In this document: piece by piece, positions 39,001 through 52,039 of the stretch
How the letters are laid out: every line of letters begins with the position of its first letter
Numbering within the stretch: position 1 is the stretch's first letter
DNA from: Ylistrum balloti
Lineage: Eukaryota
NCBI RefSeq assembly: GCF_031769215.1
Contig: NW_026782690.1
Span: forward strand, 62,001 to 126,000
Length of the DNA: 64,000 nt
Direction of reading: 5' to 3'
Position numbers and translations under genes: made by a program
The notes under the pieces: generated by a model
The model's database searches: none
What the model was told of the DNA's origin: nothing
The model's input: only the letters and a program-made list of their open reading frames with translations

Positions 39001-39153
39001 ACCATCCCTGTGCCTTGCCGCTGATCTCAAGATGGATGGTCCTCCGGTTGACATTATCATCCACGCGGTAGGAAACGAAGTATGTACATTCCATGTGTCT
39101 ACATGAAGATTTGCCATACCTTAAATGTAGATAACATTGTATGTCACTTGAAT
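36040..39153 (-). CDS. DOMON-domain protein (FRRS1/FRRS1L-like DOMON) with hydrophobic, probably GPI-signal C-terminus; last three exons, 5' exon(s) not resolved
   Basis: Exons 39153-38969, 38261-38009 and 36194-36040 (TGA), GT-AG, phases 1/0/1. Spliced product: DSSDIQC...HLEISGKAQGWLAIGFSSDNKM|GGADIIAC...YCYIQVP...WYQLYAWGNIFT|GGKMERHIHPPLTS...NLLCSLLLILLVILM*. This carries the DOMON GWxAIGFS..M..D and late-His pattern. Confidence 0.85.
36334..36502. repeat. Foldback (inverted-repeat) element, MITE-like, in the last intron of the DOMON gene
   Basis: cagatggtgtgggtatac...cagtccgggtggaagataaa (36362-36413) pairs with tttatcttccgcccggactg...gtataccccatctg (36444-36484). Confidence 0.65.
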
Positions 39154-39689
39154 CTGCAATGTTGTATATGGAGGATATCAATATCGTCATAGCAACAGTA
39201 TACAAAACTTCGAAATACCACTTTTTTTTCTTTTTTTTTTTTTTTTTTTTGCGGAATACTAAATTTTGCCTATTTGTTAATCATGGCGAATAACTAGCGT
39301 TTTTAATTTGTCAAGCTTATCTACGGTTTTTACCGCGTTCAATAACAGTTTTTAATATGATATATTAAGTTTTGTTCTATTACATTTTCTTAAACGTGTG
39401 AATTCCTTAGGATATTTGTGTTGTGCATGACCACATGCAACGCCATACAAATTGTAAACAAATTGTATGTGTAGAGTTTATGCTGAACCAATTTTCAAAG
39501 CAAGCGCAGCGAGTGCTTTATGGTATTGTGTGTGGAAATTCAAAACCAACAAGCTGCCAATAGTATCACCTTAAAATAAAGTGTGGCTGGAGCTTCATTA
39601 CACACTATACACATAGAATGGATTTAAATATTTTGACGAGGCAATAACTCCAAAAACTACTGTGAAGGCAAATTCCACTTCCTGTCATG

Positions 39690-40335
39690 GTCAATTAAGC
39701 ACAATTAGATTGCGACTTTTCATACAAGTTTAGAGTTAGAGACAGTTGAGCCAAACCATGAATTAAACTGATCGTGCAGCTTCATTCTAGGATTCATTAG
39801 TGAATGAAATCGAGAAAGAGATGATCATTGGACAAGGTAAACACTATAAAAATAACAAAGGTGAGTAATTCGTCTCAATACATTCGAATCAAACTGTCGG
39901 TTGGGAAAATAAAAGTCCTTGTCATTGCTATTTAGCCTACCAGGTTTCAAAGAAATCAGTTACAAAGTGATAGAGATCTCCAGACAAGATTAACATTATG
40001 AAACACCAAAGGTCAGTTACTCTTCCAAATACATTTGAATCAAACTGCGGTTCAGGAAAACACAGCTGCATGCCAAGCTTATCAACTTGAGATTAAATCA
40101 GCAGAAAACTTAGAAAGATCTTCGGAAAAGGTTATCGTTATGAAAATGAGACAGGATAGTAATACTTAAAAACAGTCAAATCAAACTGCCAGTCAAGAAA
40201 GCACGACTCCGTGTCAATGCGATTTAGTTTCTCAAGTTTTGAACGGATCAGTGGAAAACTGAGAGCGGTGATATCTTGACTAATGAAAGTTTACGACGGA
40301 CGGACGGATAACGCCATGACATGCCAGAACCTGTC
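39690..40335 (+). mobile_element. Non-autonomous element with internal ~145-150 bp degenerate tandem repeats and terminal (GACG)n microsatellite (pearl/DTC84/HINE-like)
   Basis: The motif aatcaaactg recurs near 39,885, 40,035 and 40,180. The element ends in gacggacggacggataacgccatgacatgcc. This layout is known for Helentron-associated bivalve elements. Confidence 0.55.
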
Positions 40336-41327
40336 AGAAATGGCAAACTTTTAATTATAATAAATTTCATAAACAGAATTGATTCCGGTGTTTTAATCAA
40401 ATCATTTGATTTTTTTTCTTATGGCCAAATAAGATAAAAGCAATCATTTTAAAAGTGGGAAACGTGTCAGTATTTTAATTTAATCACGATGATTAGACAA
40501 TTTGAGTGTTATGGAAATACATTACAGTTTTTTTTTTTTAATGTTAACTATAAGAATAATAGCTTAAATAACCAAATGCTTACAGATGACAATTAGGACA
40601 CATAGAATGGATCCACAACGACTACGATAATTGTCATTTTAGTGTTGAATGAAATGGGAATGAAAAATCACGAGGGGCTTTTTATATCCAACATTCATCA
40701 TGAAAGCTTCCACTAGCTGTGAATAAATTCTATGTGCAGTAACGTGCATGAATTAAGTTGTAATGTTTGCAAATTAACAACAGCGATAAGCTTTTTTGTT
40801 TGTTTTTCTATTGATTTACGAACCATCGACAATTACAATTATTTAGATATGTATCTATTATAACAAAAATCAATATTTCACACTCAAACTAAACAGTTAG
40901 GCATGAAACCCCACAGAAATTTACTCAGATATAACGCAGACGTAAAAAGCCTTATCAAATAGACTTTATATAGACTGCACATTAAACGTTAGGCCTGTTT
41001 AATGATACTTACCGGAAGCAGCTATGAGTTTCTCCACACATCACTTGGTCTGTAATATGTTATAAAAAAGTTTTATTCACTTGTATGTCTGGTATATTTT
41101 TGTTACGGTAATGTGTTATCATTAGCAATGGTCATTCAAGTATACCAGATTATTACATGTGTTGGTTGCATGCCTTTGAAAGTATGCGATGCGATATCTT
41201 AGTGTCTTAGTGTTCGTATTAACAATTGTACCTTCATGAAACAGTGTTGAACTGGTGCCTATTTATAGCAACATAAGATATAAGTTAGCCACCGAATGTA
41301 TGAATTAGGTCATCCGACGGGATTACG

Positions 41328-41593
41328 TTATGCTGACAATAGACAAATTAGTCGGTACACTGCCAAAATGTTGTCGTTAACTAGGAAATATTTAAGACTG
41401 CTATACTGCGGCTCAGGAACACACCCTACAATTTCATATTTTCCGCGTTTCGGAGAATAGCGGAAAATAATTGTCCTATAGGTACGGTATTCGGGTATCT
41501 TCGTGAGAGTTGTATGGTCCAATGGGAGTGCGACGCGTTGTCCGCACGTGCAAGTCAAGAAAGTGTGTAAGGGTAGGCGAGGTATCGGGCATT
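41328..41593 (-). other. Candidate exon of unknown gene
   Basis: Acceptor tttttcttgactgtacttgtggctag, then an open frame ECPIPRLPLHTFLTCTCG...YEIVGCVPEPQ. No convincing phase-1 donor to join it to the DOMON exons. Confidence 0.3.
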
Positions 41594-44500
41594 CTAGCCA
41601 CAAGTACAGTCAAGAAAAATGTTGCCAAGTATTACATTTTTAACTGTATTTATTTCAGTACGGAATGGCTTTGAGTTGTTAAAAATCCAACGCGCTGAGC
41701 TTTAAGCATTGAGGGTTGGTACACTTCCTGTTTTCCTGATAGGTTTTCAGGTTGAGTGGCTCGCTTAGCTCTTTATCTACTCAAGCTATTCCTGGGCGGA
41801 ATGTATGCGTGTGTAAGAGTCGTTTGTGGAGTTATGAAAAATGTCCAAGTTTGTAAAGATATGTATTTTTGTCTTTATATTTCGTAATAAACGCCGGGTG
41901 ACACTCTATTGTCCACTACTGGCTAGCGGCAGTCATGTGTTGGAGTTATTGTTAAGAGATGAGTATAGAGAGGACGAGTGAATATACAACTAAAGACCGC
42001 CAAAATTAGGCAGTGACAAGGAAGATATAACGAAACAAATAGTTAACTAGAAATAAAGAAAAATATCGAAAATGTAGTACTTACGTCTTGCAAAGCTATG
42101 CATATCTTTTTCTCATATTTCGTTTAGTAATATGAACATTCGGTCTAAAAGACGTTTCAATTAAGAATTGAAGTGGCCTGCTGAATACTTGATATGACTG
42201 ATGCAACAGCATTAAACTCACAACACAGGATTTCGAGGGATGCAGATTGGTTAAAGTTAGTGGGAAGTTTTACGGTCGTCTTGTGATGTCTTCGAGAAAT
42301 ATCCTATTTCTTTGTGCGATTTGAAGCTGAACATTTTTAATGCTTGCTGATTAGGCGATTGGTTCCGTTGTAGTATACCTTGTTCCCATTTGGGAATGTG
42401 ACATTAGTGTTTGGATTGCCGAAGATTTGCATGGTGTGTGTCTTCGATGAAGCATAGACACTTACTTACCTAGTCTTATTCTGCGTTTACGTTTTCAGGA
42501 ATCTCCGTGTAAATCTTTCTGTTGTTTTACTTTGTCTTAATTCTGTTAAACTTGAGTTTGAAGTAAGACAGTGTTATTATGTCAATATATTCTTAGCAGT
42601 TCTTCAAAGACTCAAACAACGGGAATTAAGCCAATTCAAGCAACGAGTGATGGCCGTCCGATTTACGCATAATGTGCGATATGTATTCGCTGGTTTAAAG
42701 GTACATGAACATGTTTCATATATACTCATTTAGAGACTCTAATTAATGTTTAATCTTTATGGCGCTAAATGGTTACCTTCATATTTCGCGAAACATGCTT
42801 TATTCTAAACTTATGATAATTTGTTCAAATAACCATTTAAGTTCTTATGTTTTAAATTTTCGGTCTATGTCATCAGGATTTAATTTCTCTTAACTGATTT
42901 TGGAAATAGAATATATAATACCGTTCCTATTATAAAAAAAAATGTTTTTGCTAATGAAATATAAATTTGAACCGGCTACAGAATTATACAGCCTTTACAT
43001 ACATATACTAATCGTTAATCATATGATTGAAATAGATATATGGTTAATAGCAGAATTCGTAAAATAATCAGATAACCAATGCGTCAACCATCCGGGTCTT
43101 GATATGCTATTCACTTATTGCTTAGATGTTATTATAATGCAGAAAAAAAATTTTTTCTTTGAACGTTACTCAAAGGTAACTCTACAAAATATAGAAGAGA
43201 GATATTGCCAGAGAAAGTACACTAAATTTTGGCTATTGTAATGTCAAGGGGGGCGGGGGTATCCGCACCCCCTCCCCTATATAAAATATCATTAAAAATG
43301 ACTCAACTGAATTATTGTTGTCCATAGGTTAATTAAAGTGATACTCACCGATACTGATCATATGCTTGAGGAGTGGGGTAAGCGTTATTATAAACATACC
43401 ATTCATTGTAATCAAAGGAATGCAAATGTACGTTAAAAACGAGATATCTCTAATTTCATTTTTAATTACCATGCACTAAGTATATACAGATATATTATAC
43501 ACTTACCGGTGATGTTTGGCTTATCGGCACTGGATGTATCACGTTCAAAACGTTGTGAATTGATTGGCGCTGTGAGTTTGGGCATAACTTTCTTATTTTT
43601 TTCTGAAATGAATAAGGGTAAGCGTTTTTTTTTTTTAATTATGCTTATTATATAGTAAATATGTTTTCGCTATTTCTTCTCATTATAAATGATCAGGAAT
43701 GAGAAAGTTTACATAAATATACACGACGTCCTAATCAAAATACAGACCATGATGTTTACTCCGTCACTATCCGTGTAGGAGGGAGAATTAGGATAAGTAC
43801 GTTAATCAGATTATAGAATAAAAAGATTTTCAAAAATGACACAGTGTCACGTAGCAGTGTCGGAATATCGTATCACCCATGAAAAATTGAATATTCAGAA
43901 CATGGTCGTTAATGGGATGTTGTTAGATTCCATGTGTACATTGAAGGAGCGATAATTAAGACCTTCACTTTAATCAAATTGACCGGAACATTTCGAAAGG
44001 GGAACGTTTACACAAAAAATGGGATATGATTTTAATTTCTCTTATTTTTAAGAGCTTTCCTGCATTGAAATATGAGAATATGCATCAGAAATATTATTGT
44101 TAAGCAAAATGTGGGTCGGTTTGAATAGAACTACATACTGTGAATAGATTTATCAATGATCTTTATATCTTTTTTTAACTTTTCTCACAACAACTCCTTT
44201 GGTGACCATGCTTCTGGCAGAAAACAAGTGATTTTTGGTTTAATGTGTAACTACAACGCTTTAAGATACTTTCTGATGTCACAGCTGAGACCGGCATTTT
44301 TAGTCTTAGAATTCAGGAACAAAATTATCTAGACCAGAACTGTTGACGACATCTATATAACATTATGATAAATATCAATTTATGTTTTTTTCTATTTTAT
44401 ATTTTGTGTTCTGAGTGATATATTTATTTTGTTTAAAGCATTACAACACACAATTTGAAAGACAAATGCTACGCTATCAAATAGCGGCGTTTAACTTCTC

Positions 44501-44619
44501 ATATGCCGAATTTTTTGTGAGTGAACCTCTCCCAGCATACAGTCTAGCATCTGGCATATCCAGGATGAGTCAGGTATGCCACAACAGTCGACGTTTTATG
44601 TCTTATTGGCATAATTGTT

Positions 44620-45260
44620 CCATGTATGTATCGTTTCACATGGCGCTATCTCTGTGTGTGAATTGTAATATCACGTATTTATGTATCGTATCGTGTGGCG
44701 CTATCTCCGTATTTATTGTCACACAACGTGTTCGTGTATTGTATCGCGTGGCTATATCTCATAGGGTGTTGTAAAATAAGATACTTATAAATTGTAACGA
44801 GTGGTTTCATCTCTTTGTGTATTGTAATATAACGTGTTTATGTATTGTATCACGTGGTTCTATCTCTGTGTGTAATATGACGTGTTTATGTATTGTATCG
44901 CGTGGCTCTTTCGCTGCGTGTATTGAAATATAACGTGTTTATCTATCGTATCTAGTGGTTCTATCTCTGCGTGTATTGTAATATAACGTGTTTATGTATC
45001 GCATCACGTGACTCTATCTCTGTGTGTATTGCAATATAACGTGTTTATGTATCGTATCACATGGTTCTATCTCTGTGTATTGTAATATAACGTGTTTATG
45101 TGTTGTATTACGTGGCTCTATCTCTGTGTGTGTTGTAATATAACGTGTTTATGTGTTGTATCACGTGGCTCTATCTCTATGTGTGTTGTAATATAACATA
45201 GCAATGTATCGTTTGTCGTGGCTCTATGCTTGTGTTGTAATGTAACTTGTCTTGTAATAC
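44620..45260. repeat. Minisatellite, ~52-54 bp unit, about 11-12 degenerate copies
   Basis: Consensus approximately ctctatctctgtgtgtattgtaatataacgtgtttatgtattgtatcacgtgg, read directly from successive units. Confidence 0.9.
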
Positions 45261-45894
45261 ACTGATAATTTGTTATTGGTATTTTGTAGTTATTTACGAT
45301 TCTTTGCAAAATAAATAATGAAACACCAGTTTTCTTTGGAATGATCTTAAACATCCATGTGACAGTATATTACAATACGAGCATTTTGGTTGGTATACAT
45401 TTCAAAACGCCAAAACTTCAAAAGGTATATTATAATGTGAAAGTTGATGTCCTAGAGTGTACATTACAGATGTTTGTGTACAACAAAAATATATACTTTG
45501 AGTATTTCAAAGGTTTATTAGAATATGCTACCATAATTAATCATATAGCGTGTGTTATCAGCGTTATAACACTGACTAGTGAACAGTGCCATGACTAGAC
45601 GTGTCATAACATCACGTGGATCTCTGATTGGCTCAAAAGTCACACTGTTTTAATTGTGATGTCCAGGAAACTAAGTGAGAGTTCATCATTAAGTGAACCC
45701 CTGTAATATCTACAACTCGATCTATAACTCCATGTTCAAGTTAATTAATAACCAATTTATCCTTTAGCTCACTTGTTCTTCATCTCACCTGATAAAGTCA
45801 ATTTCTGCAAATTTGAAATTCTGATCCTGAAGCAAACAACTGCGCAAACACCGTGATCCAACACTTAATAGTTTTTGAATAAAATTTTCAATTC

Positions 45895-46090
45895 CTAAAA
45901 CATTTGACCCCGGTGACCTTGAATTTAAGTCATGGTCAATCATTTGAACGAATTTGGCAGCCTGTCATTAATCTCGTTACAGAATTGATATAAATAGCCA
46001 TGTCTTTTTGTTTGTTAAGAAGGAGTTGCTCTAAAGTTTATGCATGACCGACGAAGCACAATGGACAAAGGTCATCTTGACCCTAGTATT
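45895..46090 (+). mobile_element. Remnant of pearl/HINE-type interspersed repeat
   Basis: tttgaccccggtgaccttgaa...catggtcaatcatttgaacgaatttggcag, a tgaccttga-type motif typical of these bivalve repeats (from memory). Confidence 0.35.
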
Positions 46091-46512
46091 TCCCCTTGTA
46101 CTCATTTAGGATATTCCGTGTAATTGTTTCTTTTGTTCATATATTCATATGTCACAAAACAGAAAGGTTTCAAATCTTAGGAAACATCGCCAATTACCTT
46201 TTGTTTTGTTTGAACTGATGTTTATTTATGGATGCAAATAATTGACTTTTTATGAGGGAATGTGATACTATTGAAAGCGTTTTAAGTATACAACTTTTAC
46301 TTATAATGAACATTACCTTGAAATCGTAGCTCAAAATCTTCCATTGAATCCAGGGAATCACCACACTGCGCATACATCCTGCAGATAACACAATATATCT
46401 ACAGATATAAACAGTTGTTGTCAATCATTTCAAATTATGCATTTTCAAATTTAAGACCTCGCCAATGGAGAGCATTTTCTTCCATATATTCTACTCGAGG
46501 ACATCTTAAACC

Positions 46513-48830
46513 AATAACACCCGCCAGGTCACGGCATACTGACAATGACACACGGCAGGTCACGTATGCATACAACAATACCCGCCAGGTCACGGTAAAC
46601 AAACAATGACATCCGGCCAGATCACGGTATACTGACATTTACCTATCCAGGTCTCGGTATACTGGAATTTACCTAGACACGTTAGCATGACACCCGGCCA
46701 GGTCACGGTATACTGACATTTACCTAGACACGTTAGCATGACACCCGGCCAGGTCACGGTATACAGACATTGACCTAGACACGTTAGCATGACACCTGGC
46801 CATGTCACGGTTTGCTGACATTTACCTAGACACGTTAGCATGACACCCGGCCAGGTCACGGTAAACTGACATTGACCTAGACACGTTAGCATGACACCTG
46901 GCCAGGTCACGGTTTGCTGACATTTACCTAGATACACTAGCTTGACACCCGGCCAGGTCACGGTATGCTGACATTTACCTAGATACACTAGCATGACACC
47001 CGGCCAGGTCAAGGTTTGCTAACATTTACCTAGCCAATTTAGCATGACAACCGGTCAGGTCACGGTATACTTACCATTACCTAGCCAGGTCACGGTATGC
47101 TGGCATTGACCTAGACACGTTAGCATGACACCCGGCCAGGTCACGGTATACTGACATTTACCATTAGCATGACACCCGGCCAGGTGACGGTATACTGACA
47201 TAAACCAAGACAAGTATGCATGACACCCGGCCAGGTCACGGTTTGCTGGCATTTACCTAGACACGTTAGCATGACACCCGGCCAGGTCACGGTATACTGA
47301 CATTTACCTAGATACGCTAGCATGACACCCGGCCAGGTGACGGTATACTGACATAAACCAAGACAAGTATGCATGACACCCGGCCAGGTCACGGTTTGCT
47401 GACATTTACCTAGACCATTTAGCATGACAACTGGTCAGGTCACGGTATACAGACATTTACCTAGACACGTTAGCATGGCACCCGGCCAGGTCACGATATA
47501 CTGACATTTACCTAAATACATTAGCATGACACCCGGCCAGGTCACGGTATACTGACATTTACCTCGACACGTTAGTATGACACCCGGCCAGGTCACGGTA
47601 TAATGGCATTGACCTCAACACGTTAGCATGACATCCGGCCAGGTCACGGTATACAGACATTGACCTAGACACGTTAGCATGACACCTGGTTATGTCACGG
47701 TTTGCTGACATTTACCTAGATACACTAGCATGACACCCGGCCAGGTCACAGTATGCTGACATTTACCTAGACAGTTTAGAATGACAACTGGTCAGGTCAC
47801 AGTATGCTGACATTTACCTAGACACGTTAGCATGGCACCCGGCCAGGTCACGGTATACAGACATTTACCTAGACAGTTTAGAATGACAACTGGTCAGGTC
47901 ACAGTATGCTGACATTTACCTAGACACGTTAGCATGGCACCCGGCCAGGTCACGATATACTGACATTTACCTAAATACATTAGCATGACACCCGGCCAGG
48001 TCACGGTATGCTGGCATTGACCTAGACACGTTAGCATGACACCCGGCCAGGTCACGGTATACTGGCATTTACCTCGACACGTTAGTATGACACCCGGCCA
48101 GGTCACGGTATGCTGACATTTACCTAGATACACTAGCATGACATCCGGCCAGGTCACGGTTTGCTGACATTTACCGAGACAATTTAGCATGACAACCGGT
48201 CAGGTCACGGTATACTTACCATTACCTAGCCAGGTCACGGTATACTGGCATTGACCTAGACAGTTTAGAATGACAACTGGTCAGGTCACAGTATGCTGAC
48301 ATTTACCTAGACACGTTAGCATGGCACCCGGCCAGGTCACGGTATGCTGACATTTACCTAAATACATTAGCATGACACCCGGCCTGGTCACGGTATACTG
48401 ACAATGACCTAGACACGTTAGCATGACACTCGGCCAGGTCACGGTATACTGACATTGACCTAGACACGTTAGCATGACACCCGGCCAGATCACGGTATAC
48501 TGACATTGACCTAGACACGTTAGCATGACACCCGGCCAGGTCACGGTTTGCTGACATTTACCTAGATACACTAGCATGACACCCGGCCAGGTCACGGTAT
48601 GCTGACATTTACCTAGATATACTAGCATGACACCCGGCCAGGTCACGGTATACTGACATTTACCTAGACAATTTAGCATGACAACCGGTCAGGTCACGGT
48701 ATACTTACCATTACCTAGCCAGGTCACGGTATACTGGCATTGACCTAGACACGTTAGCATGACACCCGGCCAGGTCACGGTACACTGACATTTACCTAGA
48801 CACGTTAGCATGACACCAAGCAAGGTCATG
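46513..48830. repeat. 51-bp minisatellite, ~45 units, with recurring variant units
   Basis: Consensus catttacctagacacgttagcatgacacccggccaggtcacggtatactga (51 nt). It accounts for all the VTWPGVMLTCLGKCQYT ORFs in the track. Confidence 0.96.
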
Positions 48831-49680
48831 TTTTGTAACCTGGCTATCATGACTTCTAGGTATGTCATGATGTTGTTCCGTTATACTCAAAATAATATAT
48901 GCATATCATCGTTCTTAATCGGTTAAGTATTCTGACAGTAAACTTGACATGCATCACTTTTTTAATACTTTAACCGATCAAATTATACCGACAAACATAG
49001 CATTGACTCATACGTATGATACTTCACCCGGTCCCGCCATAATGACAGCAACCTCAATACGCTACTCTCGGATAACATCGAATTCGAACATATCAAAGTG
49101 ACATTAACGTGGACCAGTTGGCATGATAGCATTTATAACTACGATATGCTACTGCTACCGTGACACCAGATTTGTTAATTTTAAACTTTTTTGTATGAAC
49201 AATAGTTATGCTAAGTTTAATAACAAAGACAAAGAGCATAGCCATACAACCAATCAAATCCAAGAATAAATGACAAACAACTTAATCACAACATTGCTTC
49301 ATCAAGTCTTTGATATTGTAAAGAAGTCTCGAAACAAAAAGAAAAGTACGGATTTATCAGTAAGCTAATCATTCAGTTCAGCGCCCTTGATACGTTTCTT
49401 TGCTTACTTTGCCGAACGAAATGTTCTCTGGATAACGGTATGTGTTTCTGTTTCATGCGGTGAAATCTCCAAAGTAAAAGACATGATCAGGGATAACGAC
49501 ATAAGAGTAAGATTATACTGTAAGATAACCTTGATACATGGGTAAGATCAACATCACCTTACCTGTTGCTGGAATGAGAAGCCTTTTTAAAAAAAAAATT
49601 CAAAAATATGTACAGTTTACACGATATGCGCATGATTTTTCACGATATGCGCACGATGTTTTTGGTGTGTTGTGCTTTAC

Positions 49681-49941
49681 CACAACTGTAGATATATCTC
49701 TTTACATGGGTGTTATACCTTCCTAGGTTGAGTTTGTTAGGAAGTCTCATCAGCTGTACATATACTTGTGGAAGGACGGTTAATGGAGAGGTTTTCGGGT
49801 TGACATGGATTTGGACAGAATTGCTTGGAAGACGGGAGACGGTTATTGTTCCATCATTTTCACTCAAACTGAGGCTAATGAGTTTTCGTTGAAATGCGAC
49901 AGTGATTTCCGGCACTTCAGTGGATGGACAAAAAAGCACAG
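49681..49941 (-). CDS. Isolated phase 1-1 exon (87 codons) of an unidentified gene or pseudogene
   Basis: Strong acceptor ttttcttttttttttaacag, open frame AVLFCPSTEVPEITV...RYIYSCG, donor G|gtaaag, length 261 nt. Confidence 0.45.
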
Positions 49942-50989
49942 CTGTTAAAAAAAAAAGAAAATGATTTAGATATAAAGCAATGATGTTATCATACCTGAAA
50001 AAACGTATCAATCATACGATCTCGCAAAAAAAGAAAAAAAGAAAAATAGAAAAATAACGAAATACATGTGTATACATATATCAAGCTCGGGTACAATTAC
50101 GACAGGCAACTTACATCTGAAACCTTCGGATCAACGACATCACTGTATATGATGCATTATGTTAATTCATTGATATTTTGGACATTTTATCACAATGAAC
50201 GTTGGAAGACAAGTTTTTATTCGTGTCCTGTCCGGGCCTCGATCTCACTATCTGCCACACCAAGTCATTTATCCAAGTAATTCCAGACCACCTAACCATT
50301 AATGGTGGTGTAATTGTTAGGCAGTTACAAAAAATATTTAAGACATTTTCTCACTTTCTACATCAAGAATGCTATCATCCTTTTGTCATTACTAATTCTT
50401 AATAGCAGTTCGTTCTTTCTACTTTGCTATATCTATATATTATTAAACGATACTTTAGTTCCGACTTTTTAAACAGTTTGCCGTAAGGATAAGATAGTAT
50501 ACTTGAACAAAATCTCGACGCAGATAATTCATCGAAGATTTTATATGGACCTAGACAGGCCTCGTCATCTGTTGATACGTTTTTCATATCGCTGTATTTC
50601 ATGACCGTACGGGCAGATTAAAGAAATATCTAAGTAGTTTGATTCTTTTAACTCGAGCAAAATGACTGTAATTCACATCTGTTTAGTCCACCATCATATC
50701 ATGACGAGCTGTTCGATTCACCATTCTTCTGTAGTCCTTCAGTCTTTAGCAATTCTTGTAATTGCTACTTTCTAAATGTAATCCATTGACTATTTCCAAA
50801 TTCCAAAAGTAGGTTCCCCTTGGTTTCTAGTTGTGTTTCGTCTCATTTTGAGACTGACCTAAAGAAATATGGCAATTATTGTCAACATATTAAATTCATA
50901 TTTAAATGTATTGTCAATTAAGTCGTTGTTTAAGGTTTGATGGGGTTTAATTAATGGTATTGATTGAGGAATGCTTACACATTGTTACA

Positions 50990-51950
50990 TCATAGAGATC
51001 GTTTATCCGTTAGATTTATGACTGAACATCAAAACAAAAACATAGCTGACATGGGATCATTTCTGATACTGACAATGAAAATTTGGTATTGCTACTTTTT
51101 TGAGAAATACTAAATAGATATTTGTTTAATTTCGAATTAAGGTTCACCTTTTGTATTGAGATCCTCCAACAAACTATTGGCATACCTATGTTAACTAAGT
51201 AAATTGACTTTTTTTCAAACGAGAGTTAATTCATGGAAAAAAAAAACTTATCAAAACTAGTTACAATGACCTTGAAAAGTCGTTAAATTTCACATTCAGA
51301 TATTTTGATAACGTCTCGTTTCTAAATAACAAGAAATGTATTGACCACGTCAATTGTATATGCTATGTAGAACTGGAAATTAAAGACACAACAAACTCTT
51401 CTACATCAGCTACTTATCTCGATTTTCCCTACAATGTAACCAACACGTACAGATTTCAACCTTGATGCGTGGTGATTTCATTTTCCCTATTTTTAATTAT
51501 CCCTATCTAGATAGCAACATCACTGCGTCTCCTACCTTTAGTGTTTGTATTTCGCATTTGATTTGACGGACCTGTTCCTATTATCATAATTTTCGTGCAC
51601 AAGGTCGTCGACAGACGGACAAACTTGCAATTCAAAGGTTCAATAGGTGCAGGTTTATGAACATTAAGGTGAAGTTTTACGGTCATCATAGTGATCTCAT
51701 TGTATACATTGTTCTTCTTTGAGAACGCGACATTACTCACTCGGATTGACCAAGATTTACATGGCCGGGGTAGTCGATGAAGGAGCAGACGCCTACTACA
51801 GCGAACTTCATTTTGTTCACGTTTTAAACTTCGTGCTTCAGGATTTACACAATTTTCTTTTCTGTTTTTTATTTTGCTATATGTTTACGTTAATCCTCCG
51901 ACGTTTAGGGCAGAACATCATCAGACTGGCTGGGAGTATGTTCCCATGAA
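50990..51950 (+). mobile_element. Decayed Penelope-like retroelement reverse transcriptase
   Basis: Broken frames give IGIPM(x)T, FTFRYFDNV (YIDD-type motif), ELEIKDTT...SATYLD and FPI.NYPYLDSNI, all typical PLE RT segments. Frameshifts and stops are present. Confidence 0.7.
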
Positions 51951-52039
51951 GTACGCTTTTCCTGACAGCCATCATCGACAATCTGTTTCCTTCAATTTAA
52001 ATTTTCTGGTGGATTAGAAATTAGTTTAATTTTTTTGGA

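Noticed and set aside
46513-48830. CRISPR-like array or repeat-protein gene
   Set aside because: Units are head-to-tail with no unique spacers, there are no cas genes, and the context is eukaryotic. The ORFs begin at GTG/TTG, lack splice or ATG context and are broken by TGA variants.
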